From a virus, in IMG/VR virus record IMGVR_UViG_3300017917_002644, positions 10,635 through 74,634 of that record: a stretch of 64,000 nucleotides of DNA; one strand, given 5' to 3'. The notes below the pieces were generated by a model. It did no database searches. It was not told the DNA's origin and worked only from the letters and a program-made list of their open reading frames with translations. Positions 9,138 to 19,346 of the stretch are shown in pieces. Within the stretch, counting starts at the first letter, position 1; the number at the start of each line of letters is the position of its first letter. The translations under genes were made by a program, and so were the position numbers.

Positions 9138-10009
9138 ATCAAATTATTGAGTTTTATATAATTACTCAATTCTTCTGCCCATAGACGGTGTGAATCCGGA
9201 GAAGGGTGCCATCCATTGTATTTTTTTGTTAAAGTGGAATTATCTATAAAATTTTTAAATGTACTAATTGGTAAATCTTTTTTGTAAAATCGAATTGGAT
9301 TTATAGTTTCCCATAAAGAAGTATATTCAAACATATAAGTTTGTCTTGCATTATGGTTTGATTTTCTGTAAGAACATCCGTTTAATTTCAAATCTTTTAA
9401 TTCATTTTTAACGTCCAAATCATTCCATTCACTTATATCTTTAGTAGGGGTTTGATAAAATGAATTAAAACATAACCATTTTATACCATTTGAATCACAA
9501 AAATTTTGAAGTTGTAATACATTCATAACATATCTTGTCATATATTCTTCAGAATTCCAAAAATATGAAACATATAGTTCCCAAAATTTTTTCTGTTGTT
9601 CGGTTTCAAATATTGGAACTTGTGGCCATAACCTAAATCTGTAAGAAGTTTTTTCATCTTTGTACCAAAAAGAATTTCTTTCAGGAGAAGACCACCCAAC
9701 TATTACTAACAAATTATCAGTTGATATATTTTTTGCTAAATAGTTTGATGAAATATATGTTATAGTTCTATTAAGTATTGTAGAATTATCATCGGCAGGC
9801 CATGCTAAATTTGTAACTTCTGCATCCATTAATTCTGCAAGGTGTGTTGGAAATATTTTAGGAATTCTGTAATTATCATTTTCTTCTAAAAAATCATATT
9901 CACCAACATAAGTTGTAGATGGATATCTTGCAACAATTGCAGGGTCTGCTATTTCGCATCCAAACACCCAACTATCTCCATCGCATATTATTTTTAATCT
10001 ATTATCCAT
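9134..10009 (-). CDS. SGNH/GDSL-like protein
   Basis: GDSWVFG, NLAWPADDN, GWSSPER, C-terminal HPSPDSH. Confidence 0.65.
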   Translation of the reverse strand: MDNRLKIICDGDSWVFGCEIADPAIVARYPSTTYVGEYDFLEENDNYRIPKIFPTHLAELMDAEVTNLAWPADDNSTILNRTITYISSNYLAKNISTDNLLVIVGWSSPERNSFWYKDEKTSYRFRLWPQVPIFETEQQKKFWELYVSYFWNSEEYMTRYVMNVLQLQNFCDSNGIKWLCFNSFYQTPTKDISEWNDLDVKNELKDLKLNGCSYRKSNHNARQTYMFEYTSLWETINPIRFYKKDLPISTFKNFIDNSTLTKKYNGWHPSPDSHRLWAEELSNYIKLNNLI

Positions 10010-10632
10010 TATACTAATTTACGATAAAAATTTGTATTTAACAAATGTTTTGCAAAACTTCTATGACCTTCATAAGACCAGTGGTGGTCATTTATTTCTC
10101 CATTTGTTACATCTACTATTTTTTCAAAATTATTTATATTTTCTTCAACATCCCATATTAAACAATTTTTAACTTTTTTTGTATTTAATAACAATTTTTG
10201 TAAAAAATTAAACCTATTTATATTTCTTTTTTTAAAAAGATTACTCTGCATTAAAGTTGAAACATACGTTATGTGTTCTATTTCATTTTTAGAATATTCA
10301 TTTACTAATAAATTTGATGGATTTGGTGCAATGGTTAGTAGTGATTCATCTTTACTGTTAGGTATATCATATCTGTGGTGAAAACTCATTTCAATAATAA
10401 CATAATCGTTTTCGTTTATTTTATCATACACATTCAAAATTGTATCAAATATTTTATCATTAGAATATCCACCCATTCCATAATTTATCAACTCATAACC
10501 AATTTGATTTGATATTATTTCAGGCCATATTAAATCATATTCATTGGATTTATATTTTTCTGTATATTCTTCACCTACTAAACAACCATTTCCGGCTGTA
10601 AATGAACAACCAAATGCAAATAATTTATTCAT
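10009..10632 (-). CDS. SGNH/GDSL-like protein
   Basis: GCSFTAG, NYGMGGYSN, DHHWSYEGH. Confidence 0.65.
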   Translation of the reverse strand: MNKLFAFGCSFTAGNGCLVGEEYTEKYKSNEYDLIWPEIISNQIGYELINYGMGGYSNDKIFDTILNVYDKINENDYVIIEMSFHHRYDIPNSKDESLLTIAPNPSNLLVNEYSKNEIEHITYVSTLMQSNLFKKRNINRFNFLQKLLLNTKKVKNCLIWDVEENINNFEKIVDVTNGEINDHHWSYEGHRSFAKHLLNTNFYRKLV

Positions 10633-11487
10633 CTATATAATTTTTTTTCTATTTTCTTCCGCAATTGTTATATTATTATAATAATCTCTGGATATTTTAT
10701 AAATTTTATGCCAATCATTTAATCCATTTAACCCCAAATCTTCTGCTTCTTTTCTAACTACATAATATGGAATTGGTATTTCGCAATGTGGGTGTATGTT
10801 CCAAAGTTTTAAGTATCTATAAAGTAAAACGCCAGGACCACAAAAATTTTCAACATCTTCAATAAAATGCCCATATTTTCTTTTTTCATCTGCTCTTTCT
10901 ATAATATCTTTGTTCCATCTATACAAATTTGATATTATATCCATTGTTGGTGAATCCGAATAAAAAAACACATCATCAAATGATGGATAATTAAATTCGG
11001 TTGGAAATCTACCAAATGTGTTATTAACAGTATATGCCGTTAATGGATTTATTTTATGTAAATAAAATTTTTTAAACGGTATCATTGGTTTTGCAAATCC
11101 ATCCTGATAGTAGTTTATATCAAATCTGGTTTTTATTACCATATCGTAAACAAAATCGTTTTGTATTTCGTATTGTTTTTTTAACCAAACACTTCTCATA
11201 AATGAATAAAAAAGTGCTTGCCAATTTCTACCATATTTTTCAAACGAATATTCATCATAATCCATTAATAACGGATTAAATGCTGCTTTTATTTCTTCTC
11301 TTTCATTTCCAATTATTTTATAATCTTTTTTTTGAGTTACAACTTCATTACTGTTTCTGTAAGTGTTTGTGTCCCACGTATGTATAAAATAATCAACATG
11401 AGCACCTATATTAAAATAACTTTTAATATTATCAATTGAGGTTCTCCATGTTCTCGGTTGTCCGCTTATACAAACTGCTATTCTCAT
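10633..11487 (-). CDS. Putative glycosyltransferase (IAVCxSGQxRT paralogue)
   Basis: MRIAVCISGQPRT, DYFIHTWD, YDMVIKTRFD, DDVFF. Start moved from 11508 to 11487 to match the paralogues. Confidence 0.6.
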   Translation of the reverse strand: MRIAVCISGQPRTWRTSIDNIKSYFNIGAHVDYFIHTWDTNTYRNSNEVVTQKKDYKIIGNEREEIKAAFNPLLMDYDEYSFEKYGRNWQALFYSFMRSVWLKKQYEIQNDFVYDMVIKTRFDINYYQDGFAKPMIPFKKFYLHKINPLTAYTVNNTFGRFPTEFNYPSFDDVFFYSDSPTMDIISNLYRWNKDIIERADEKRKYGHFIEDVENFCGPGVLLYRYLKLWNIHPHCEIPIPYYVVRKEAEDLGLNGLNDWHKIYKISRDYYNNITIAEENRKKII

Positions 11488-11488
11488 A

Positions 11489-12427
11489 TTATTTTTTAAT
11501 AAGTTCATCTACATACGTTGTATTTAGAACTGTTCTATCAAATATATTTTCTTTAATTTCGTATTTTTCTTTTAATTCAGTTACAAACAATTTTTCATCG
11601 GTAGTTTTTGCATCTTTATAATAATACGCATCACATTCAAAGCATTTCATATACTCATCTATTGGAGAATATTTTAAACATTCTTTTCTATAAATTGTAT
11701 AACTAGTTTCTCCAGCATGAAATTTTGTTCTACCTACCATGTCTAATACTTTTATAGAATTATCATATAAATGTCTTACAAATCCATATTTTGGTAATTC
11801 TCTATTTAATCTATATTCTTGCAAATATTTTTGATTGTATTCTAAAAAATACTTCGAAGCAACATTCATTACATCTGAATTTGAAAAGAATAAAACATCA
11901 TCTACAAATTCACTATTTATATCAACATCAGATTCTGTGTTTTCTATAAAAATTCCATCATTATTTTCATCAAATAATTCTAATAAGTATTTTAATTTTC
12001 TTTGGTTCGGAAATATAATATCAGGTCTTAATTTTAATACATAATCATATTGAAAATTGTGTTTTAATTCATAATCCGTTTTATATTCAACACTTTTCAT
12101 AAATGAATACCAAAATGGTTGTATTGGACCAAATAATTCGTAATTATTTGTTTCAACAACTGCCTCTTTTTTTATGGTTTCATTATAATTTTCTATTTTA
12201 AATACTTTTGGATTATATATTTCTTTTATTTTTTCTATTGTTAAATCATCTAAATAACTTTCTCTACTACCTATTATAGAACCATTGTAATTTCTATCTT
12301 TATTTCTATCCCAAGTGTGTATAAAAAAATCACAGTTTGAATACAAATCTCCTAAAAAAGATTTAATATTTTCATGCGTATATAATCCGGTTCTAAATTG
12401 CCCACTAAAACAAACTGCTATTTTCAT
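11489..12427 (-). CDS. Putative glycosyltransferase (IAVCxSGQxRT paralogue)
   Basis: MKIAVCFSGQFRT, DFFIHTWD, YDYVLKLRPD, DDVLF. Confidence 0.6.
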   Translation of the reverse strand: MKIAVCFSGQFRTGLYTHENIKSFLGDLYSNCDFFIHTWDRNKDRNYNGSIIGSRESYLDDLTIEKIKEIYNPKVFKIENYNETIKKEAVVETNNYELFGPIQPFWYSFMKSVEYKTDYELKHNFQYDYVLKLRPDIIFPNQRKLKYLLELFDENNDGIFIENTESDVDINSEFVDDVLFFSNSDVMNVASKYFLEYNQKYLQEYRLNRELPKYGFVRHLYDNSIKVLDMVGRTKFHAGETSYTIYRKECLKYSPIDEYMKCFECDAYYYKDAKTTDEKLFVTELKEKYEIKENIFDRTVLNTTYVDELIKK

Positions 12428-13239
12428 AAATCGAAATAAAGTAAATTATTATTTTTTCTGTAAATAATTTCATCCAATGATAATGGAACGTCATTCATAA
12501 AATATCTGTAAACTATAAAATCATTTTTTATTAATGAATTTATTATTATGTTATTCTTCATAACGTAATTAAAATGTAGTATTTGTCTATCTATTTGGTT
12601 ATAAAAATTTTCAATATCCCAATCTACAAATCCTGTAGCCACATCCATAACTTTTGAATTTCCTAAAAAATGAACATCTTCTATTTTTATATCTGCTTCA
12701 GGAACATTTTTTGTATCCCATCTATAAACAGTTAATATATTAGATTCTAAATCAATATTTTTAATATCCTTTTTTAATTTTCTATTAGAATCAAATGCAA
12801 TATCCGGTCTTAAATGTATAACTAAATCATAAACAAAATTATTTTTTAACTCATAATTTTGTTTTAACTTATTAACTTCATACCAACTCCAATATATTGG
12901 TGGTATTCCACATAGTTCTGCTTTTTTATTTTTTTGAAAATACTCATTTTGATTATCAATCGTAAAAATTTTAGGATTGTATATTTTTAAAAAATTATCT
13001 ATTTTTGATTTTTCTAAAATTTTAAAAGGTATTTTTTCAATTTCTTCTCTTAAAGGTCTATCTGCAGTTGTTGCATATTTTGGATGTTCAACTACTTCAC
13101 AAAATGCAACCGTTTCTATATCCCATGTATGAATAAAAAAATCAGTATTGGGTAATAATTCATCTATGTAGTTTAGTAAACTATCTGAACATTCTATTCC
13201 CGTTCTAATTTGTCCACTAAAGCAAACTGCTATCTTCAT
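12424..13239 (-). CDS. Putative glycosyltransferase (IAVCxSGQxRT paralogue)
   Basis: MKIAVCFSGQIRT, DFFIHTWD, YDLVIHLRPD. Confidence 0.6.
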   Translation of the reverse strand: MKIAVCFSGQIRTGIECSDSLLNYIDELLPNTDFFIHTWDIETVAFCEVVEHPKYATTADRPLREEIEKIPFKILEKSKIDNFLKIYNPKIFTIDNQNEYFQKNKKAELCGIPPIYWSWYEVNKLKQNYELKNNFVYDLVIHLRPDIAFDSNRKLKKDIKNIDLESNILTVYRWDTKNVPEADIKIEDVHFLGNSKVMDVATGFVDWDIENFYNQIDRQILHFNYVMKNNIIINSLIKNDFIVYRYFMNDVPLSLDEIIYRKNNNLLYFDL

Positions 13240-14035
13240 ATAAATTTTCTTCTCTTATTATCTCCACATTCATATCTGAACGAATATTTTTAATATCAAA
13301 CATTCTAATAAAATATCCAAAAACTTCCTCTATTTTAACACCTTTATCAAATACAGATTCAGGTAAAATTGGTAACCAATTATAAAATGAAGTTAGTATA
13401 TCATATGTTTGAGAATCTGCATAAAAAAATATATCACCAACTAAATCATGAGGGAATGTATGAATATTTGCACTATGCATACTATATATAGTTTTTTTCT
13501 TTAATGGTAATTCTAATTCATTTATAACAATATTTCTATCTTGGGGATTTAGTTTTCCATCAAATCTAAATTTTATACACATATCATACTCAAATTCATT
13601 TTCAATTTCATGCTGCCTTTTTAAATGTGCACATTTCATAAAACTATATAGTTGAGGTGCAGACCAACTAACAACTGCCCCATTTGTGTTTTTATATTTA
13701 ATTGCAGCTGTATCTATAAAATCTTTTCTACCATCACATATTGTATAATCTTCAATAAGATATTTTACAGGATTTAATTTATAAATTAAATCATTAATTT
13801 CATTATCTTCTATTTTATAGTATTTTCTTGCCCAATTTATTTGAGGAAATCCCAAATCATGCCATTTGTGAGGTGGTATAGTGTTAAAATTCCAAGTGTG
13901 AATAAAATAATCAACTTGTATATTTTTACCATCAAATTTGGGATGTTTTTTAATTCCTTCAAATAATAACTCCCAAGACTGATAACATTCTTTCCAAGTT
14001 CTAATCTGTCCACTTATACAAAATGCAATTTTCAT
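13217..14035 (-). CDS. Putative glycosyltransferase (IAVCxSGQxRT paralogue)
   Basis: MKIAFCISGQIRT, DYFIHTWN, YDMCIKFRFD. Confidence 0.6.
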   Translation of the reverse strand: MKIAFCISGQIRTWKECYQSWELLFEGIKKHPKFDGKNIQVDYFIHTWNFNTIPPHKWHDLGFPQINWARKYYKIEDNEINDLIYKLNPVKYLIEDYTICDGRKDFIDTAAIKYKNTNGAVVSWSAPQLYSFMKCAHLKRQHEIENEFEYDMCIKFRFDGKLNPQDRNIVINELELPLKKKTIYSMHSANIHTFPHDLVGDIFFYADSQTYDILTSFYNWLPILPESVFDKGVKIEEVFGYFIRMFDIKNIRSDMNVEIIREENLYEDSSLL

Positions 14036-14988
14036 ATTAAATTTTTATTTTTAGGTATTTCATCAATATAATAAAAATCACCACCAAATATATCTTCTAT
14101 ATTATCTTCAACTTGATGTGTAAGTTTTAAATCTTGTACAAAAAATTTACCTGAATGTGGTTTGTTTCCACTCGCACCAAAATAGTAATCATCACATAAC
14201 CAACATTTTTCAAATTCTTCTAACGGAGATAAATGTAAACATTCGTTTCTGTATATTGAATATTTGTAATCAATTCCAGCATATTCTGCATATAAATTAT
14301 TTTCTATTATATTAATATTGTTTTCTATTAAATAACGAGGAAGCCCATATCCAAACGGCCATCCTTTGGAAAAATTATTTATATTTATGTTATTTCTTAA
14401 ATTATAATAATAATCACCTACAATATTCATATTTTTGGAATTTGATATAAAATATACATCATCTATAAAATGAACATCTGTGTTAATAATTTGTTGTCTA
14501 TTTTCTATGTATAGATTGGGTGTATTTTTAAAATTTCCTAATTCTATTTCTGTTTTTAAATTTCTAATTGGTGGAAAAATAATATCAGTTCTTAATTTAA
14601 TAACATAATCATATTCAAAATTATTTTGAATTTCATATTCTTTTTTATATTCCATACTTTTTGATAATGAGTACCACATTGGTGGTATTAATTGTTTTAA
14701 AGTAAATCCTGCAATTGATTCATTATCTATTTTGGAAACCGTATTCCAATTTTCAACTACTATTTTTTTGGGATTATATACTTTTATTATATCATCAATA
14801 GTAGATTGTTTTAATTCTGTTGGTTTACTTATAATTCTAGTTGCATTATAGTTTTTTTTAGTTTCTACATCCCATGTATGAATAAAAAAATCAGTATATG
14901 GAAATAAATCACCTATAAATCTTAATAAATTTTCCGATGCTTCTACGCCTGTTCTAATTTGTCCACTAAAGCAAACTGCTATTCTCAT
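14032..14988 (-). CDS. Putative glycosyltransferase (IAVCxSGQxRT paralogue)
   Basis: MRIAVCFSGQIRT, DFFIHTWD, YDYVIKLRTD. Shares a C-terminal C..CD.YY extension with 11489-12427. Confidence 0.6.
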   Translation of the reverse strand: MRIAVCFSGQIRTGVEASENLLRFIGDLFPYTDFFIHTWDVETKKNYNATRIISKPTELKQSTIDDIIKVYNPKKIVVENWNTVSKIDNESIAGFTLKQLIPPMWYSLSKSMEYKKEYEIQNNFEYDYVIKLRTDIIFPPIRNLKTEIELGNFKNTPNLYIENRQQIINTDVHFIDDVYFISNSKNMNIVGDYYYNLRNNININNFSKGWPFGYGLPRYLIENNINIIENNLYAEYAGIDYKYSIYRNECLHLSPLEEFEKCWLCDDYYFGASGNKPHSGKFFVQDLKLTHQVEDNIEDIFGGDFYYIDEIPKNKNLI

Positions 14989-15746
14989 AATAAATGTGTA
15001 TCAAATGGTGAAATATTTTGTTCTAAATGATAATCTCTATATATGTAAAGTTTATTTTTTTCAAACCCACTTACTCTTATATTAAATTTATCTAAATATT
15101 CTTTAGAATGAATTTGCCAATCAACCGCTATTTTTTGAATATTTGTTTCCCTTTCTAATAAAAAATCACACATTATATCCATAATTTTTGATGAAGAAAT
15201 CCAACATATGTCTTCTATTTGTGTTGGTAATTTATTCCAATAATCACAAGTATAAAACAACATTTTATCTTTCATACAGTGTTCTATTTCAGATAACAAA
15301 GTATGTCCGTTCTCATATACAACATCAAATCTCATCCTAATTACAAAATCATATTCAATTTTATTTTGTTTTTCATAATTAATTTTTAATTGATTACATT
15401 CGTAAATACTATGAAACATTGGTATTAAACCGGCTATAAGTCCATTGTTTTCTTTTATTATTTTTTTTTCTCTATATTTTTTATATTCTTCTACACTATC
15501 AATTCTAATATTTTTTGGTTTATATATTTTTTTTATTTTTTCAATTTTGTAAGGATTTACAACAAATATATCGTTGATAACGGATTTATCTCTCCCATTT
15601 AATGCGTGTAAAGATATAGTTTCTGTATTCCAAGTGTGAATAAAAAAATCAGTATATGGTAATAACTCACCTATAAATCTTAATATGTTTGGAGAAACTT
15701 CTATACCTGTTCTAATTTGACCACTTAAACAAACGGCAATTCTCAT
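14985..15746 (-). CDS. Putative glycosyltransferase (IAVCxSGQxRT paralogue)
   Basis: MRIAVCLSGQIRT, DFFIHTWN, YDFVIRMRFD. Confidence 0.6.
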   Translation of the reverse strand: MRIAVCLSGQIRTGIEVSPNILRFIGELLPYTDFFIHTWNTETISLHALNGRDKSVINDIFVVNPYKIEKIKKIYKPKNIRIDSVEEYKKYREKKIIKENNGLIAGLIPMFHSIYECNQLKINYEKQNKIEYDFVIRMRFDVVYENGHTLLSEIEHCMKDKMLFYTCDYWNKLPTQIEDICWISSSKIMDIMCDFLLERETNIQKIAVDWQIHSKEYLDKFNIRVSGFEKNKLYIYRDYHLEQNISPFDTHLL

Positions 15747-15747
15747 G

Positions 15748-16503
15748 TTAAAAATGTATATTATTTTCTATGTAAAGTTGAGGATAATTACCGTTTCCAG
15801 TCATATCCCATAATTTATATCTGTTGTAATTATTAAAATCACAAAATACTTTATAATTTTCTTTATTTGGAATTAATTTATTTAATATTGGCAACCCTTT
15901 AAATGTATCAATTTCTATATAATCTTTTTCATATTTATCTATTACTTCTGTTATTTCTTTGATAGTTAAACATTTATCCAAACATATTAATAACTCATAT
16001 TCGAAATCACCAACACTTTTATAAAACGGGTCATCACTCATCATACTACCACACCCTAACCATATTAATGCTTCTGTAAAGGTATCTTTTTCTAAAGATG
16101 AATATTCAATTTTACACTTTTCTTCTTCATTAATGTACAATTTTATCATTTTAGAATTGGTATCGCATATCATTGTATATCTATTAACAGTATCTTCAAC
16201 ATCCAAAGGTAATATAGATGTTTCCTCTCTCATAATACCATTTTTGTTTTCATCTAAAAACCAATACGTTAAATTAACTGCTATTTCGTTTTTTTCAGTT
16301 AAAATAGCGGATAATCCAACATGTCTACCATTTCTACAAAAGAAAAAAGATGGATATTCTTTTTTTAATGCTTCTTTGTATATTTTTGTTTCTACAACAA
16401 TTGTAAAATCTTCCTCCATAAATCCACCAATATCTTCCGATAATTCGTATTTTGATTTTGGAGTTATACAAAAAATATTATTTTCATTTATTCTTAAACT
16501 CAT
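15748..16503 (-). CDS. LamG/concanavalin-like beta-sandwich protein
   Basis: DFTI, IKLYIN, IWLGC, KCLTIKEI and LWDMTGNGN resemble the LamG inserts of the neighbouring GT7 genes. Confidence 0.5.
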   Translation of the reverse strand: MSLRINENNIFCITPKSKYELSEDIGGFMEEDFTIVVETKIYKEALKKEYPSFFFCRNGRHVGLSAILTEKNEIAVNLTYWFLDENKNGIMREETSILPLDVEDTVNRYTMICDTNSKMIKLYINEEEKCKIEYSSLEKDTFTEALIWLGCGSMMSDDPFYKSVGDFEYELLICLDKCLTIKEITEVIDKYEKDYIEIDTFKGLPILNKLIPNKENYKVFCDFNNYNRYKLWDMTGNGNYPQLYIENNIHF

Positions 16504-17912
16504 AGTTGTATTGTTTTACAAAAATTATAAAATTCTTCTAATTCTGGAAAAGTTTTTACAAAATCAGTTCCTCTCCTAACATCGTGTTCTGAAAAGAACT
16601 TATAAAAACTGTATCTGTTTTTCATTTGTTGAATCGGGTCTTGTGGTGCAACCATCCAATCATATATTCTTTTTACCTTTTGAACTTCAACATCACTATA
16701 CCCAATATGTCTTGCATCAAATGATGGTGTTGCATAATATGAAATTAATTTACTTTGTTCAATTATGTATTTAGAAAAATCATGAGGTAATACCTGAACT
16801 GTTTGGTGTAATGGATATCTTAAATAAGATGAATCTAAAAATGTTGCAGAATTCCAATATCTATCAGCACTTGCATATTCATCTTTTAATTTATAAACTT
16901 CGGTAATTAATTTATTATAGTTAAACAAACTCAATGCATTGTAGGTAGACATAAATGTTAAATTTGTTCTGTTTAATGATTTTAGAATTTTATTTACATT
17001 ATCCCAAAATCTATTAAATTCCAATCCACTTCTAATGTATTCCGCCTGCTCTCCCCACGTATCTACTGATGTAAAAATTACAACCTCTTTAACTCTACCC
17101 TCATCTTCAATTCGTTTTATCTTTTCAATTAGTTTATCTACTAATTTATCTGGAACTCCCAAATTAGAATTTATTGCCAGTTTTAGTTCTCTATTTGGAT
17201 TTGGTTCATTTATGATATGGTCTAAAATTCCCCAAGTGTCTTTACTCATTAGTGGTTCTCCACCCGTTATTCTAAATGTATGTAAATCTCTATATAGTTC
17301 AGGCCACCATTTCCAAAATGCTTCTACATATGGGTTATATTCGGAATGTTTGATTGGCATTTTATTTTCCCTAATCATCCATTCAGTTTCATTAAAATTA
17401 TCTAAAGTTGGATACCCTCCATATTTTTCAATTTCTTCTACCCATTTAGAACTATATGCAGGTCCACAATAAGAACATTTAAAATTACAAGCATTTGAAA
17501 ATGCAACCTCAACATATTTTGGATTATAATCTGCTCTCCAATCAGAATTTATAATTTCATCTTTAAATGGTAATGACCAACTTTCTCCGGATTTAAAAAT
17601 TCTATCCGAAAAACGGTCTGAATTATCTTCCACATTCCAACAATAATCACATTCTGTTGGTCTTGCACCACTCAACATTTCTTTTCTTTTTAATTTTTTA
17701 AATTTAGTGTTGTGAAGTGCTGATGGATTTCTTGCTATTTCTGTTTGTGAAATTTTATGAGTCGCGGGGTGGTGGCAAGAATGGTTATGCCCACTTTGTA
17801 GTTGTAAAGTTACCTGTGTCCATTTTGCTAAACACATACCCGGTCCTACTGAATCTAACTCACTTTTTAATTTAACATAAAAAGGATTATCAAAACTATT
17901 ACTCTCTCCCAT
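16500..17912 (-). CDS. Radical SAM enzyme with N-terminal twitch/SPASM-like Cys cluster
   Basis: CNFKCSYC (CxxxCxxC), ITGGEPL, N-terminal CLAKW..HSCHH..CDYCW. Confidence 0.9.
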   Translation of the reverse strand: MGESNSFDNPFYVKLKSELDSVGPGMCLAKWTQVTLQLQSGHNHSCHHPATHKISQTEIARNPSALHNTKFKKLKRKEMLSGARPTECDYCWNVEDNSDRFSDRIFKSGESWSLPFKDEIINSDWRADYNPKYVEVAFSNACNFKCSYCGPAYSSKWVEEIEKYGGYPTLDNFNETEWMIRENKMPIKHSEYNPYVEAFWKWWPELYRDLHTFRITGGEPLMSKDTWGILDHIINEPNPNRELKLAINSNLGVPDKLVDKLIEKIKRIEDEGRVKEVVIFTSVDTWGEQAEYIRSGLEFNRFWDNVNKILKSLNRTNLTFMSTYNALSLFNYNKLITEVYKLKDEYASADRYWNSATFLDSSYLRYPLHQTVQVLPHDFSKYIIEQSKLISYYATPSFDARHIGYSDVEVQKVKRIYDWMVAPQDPIQQMKNRYSFYKFFSEHDVRRGTDFVKTFPELEEFYNFCKTIQL

Positions 17913-17915
17913 AAC

Positions 17916-19346
17916 TTACGCTTTTACATTTATCATTTTGTGTTTACCAAATATTATATCTACTGATAATAACTCATATTTCATAGAGTTTATTCCATCA
18001 GATTTGTAATCTAATTTACCTTGCTGCATTTGTAGAATATATCTTTCTTCGTTTTTTGCAGTAGTTTCTCCTTTTGCCCATTTATCAACCCCTCCCACAT
18101 TTATTAATCCTTCTGTTTGGTGTGGTAAACACTCAAACTTACCGTTTCTTCTGTGTGGTAATATTGTATTTGGTATAATTATTTCATCCTCCACTATTTC
18201 TACATTTTCAATATTCAATTCTGTGTTGGATTTTATTTTGTTATTCAAAACCGATAAATCAAAAATTAATCCATCTTCGTTTTTTGTAGTATGTAGTTTA
18301 CTTATTTCTTCCGAAGTTAAACATCTATCCCACATTTGTATTTTAGCAATGCTACCTTTAAAATGATTTGGTTCTCCATTTACAATTGTATTAGAATATC
18401 CAATAGTGAAAGGTTCTAATCCATATCGTTTAAGTGGTTGTGTGTATTTTTGTGGAGATACCGTACCCGTTCCCAACCTTGCATCACTCTCTGTTCCGTT
18501 TAGGTAAAAGTGTATCTGTTTCTTTTCATCATCAACAGAAAGTGTAACCCAACTCCACTGATTTTCGTATCTTTTAATCCATTGATATAAATGCGTTCTG
18601 GTTCTATCCCATAACATTGCAGTGTATGCTCTACTGTTATTAAAAGATAATCCCCAATCGTAACCAGGTTTTCTAAATATTGGATATTCTACAAATCTTC
18701 TTTCTCTATCACCTATTAGATAAATTGGTACTTTTTCTATCTGTTGGTCTGCTTTTACTAATATGGAAACGGTGTGTGATTTTGATATTACATTTCTCAA
18801 ATCTCTATCACCCACAAATGATATCTTACTATCAATCCCATTGAAATATCCAACAGAATGTGTACCATTATAATCCAACCTGGTCGATTTTGCGTACCCT
18901 TCCTGAATACATCTCCAAAATAGGTCATCATCCTCCATACCCCAATCCCAATACTCATTAGAGTACCCATTTGTTCTCTCCACCTGTTCTTTAGAGAATA
19001 CAACTGCTCCTCCAAAATATTCTTCGTATTTTAGTTGATAATCTGATTGTGAAATACGAACTGCAATGTGTTGTGGGTTATCTTTTGGAAACGAATAATC
19101 ACAACTATCATCTACCGGAACCATATCAATATCATGCCAAACAATATAATCACACCCATCATCAAATGCGTGTTTTGCAGCAATGTTTTTCATCAATCCT
19201 CTGTTGAATAGTTTATCATCACATTGGTGTGCAAGATATATTGTATGTTCTATTCCCCTTTCGGTTAAAAACTTTTCAATATGTGGAACAAATGTATTCA
19301 TATGTTCCTCTCTATTTCTATATGGTACACATACTCCTAATTTCAT
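17916..19346 (-). CDS. GT7 (beta-1,4-galactosyltransferase-like) glycosyltransferase with inserted LamG domain
   Basis: VPYRNR, FNRG, HDID, YFGG, GYSNEYWDWGMEDDD. LamG-like middle region; GT7 tail (DGINSMKY) at the C-terminus. Confidence 0.85.
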   Translation of the reverse strand: MKLGVCVPYRNREEHMNTFVPHIEKFLTERGIEHTIYLAHQCDDKLFNRGLMKNIAAKHAFDDGCDYIVWHDIDMVPVDDSCDYSFPKDNPQHIAVRISQSDYQLKYEEYFGGAVVFSKEQVERTNGYSNEYWDWGMEDDDLFWRCIQEGYAKSTRLDYNGTHSVGYFNGIDSKISFVGDRDLRNVISKSHTVSILVKADQQIEKVPIYLIGDRERRFVEYPIFRKPGYDWGLSFNNSRAYTAMLWDRTRTHLYQWIKRYENQWSWVTLSVDDEKKQIHFYLNGTESDARLGTGTVSPQKYTQPLKRYGLEPFTIGYSNTIVNGEPNHFKGSIAKIQMWDRCLTSEEISKLHTTKNEDGLIFDLSVLNNKIKSNTELNIENVEIVEDEIIIPNTILPHRRNGKFECLPHQTEGLINVGGVDKWAKGETTAKNEERYILQMQQGKLDYKSDGINSMKYELLSVDIIFGKHKMINVKA

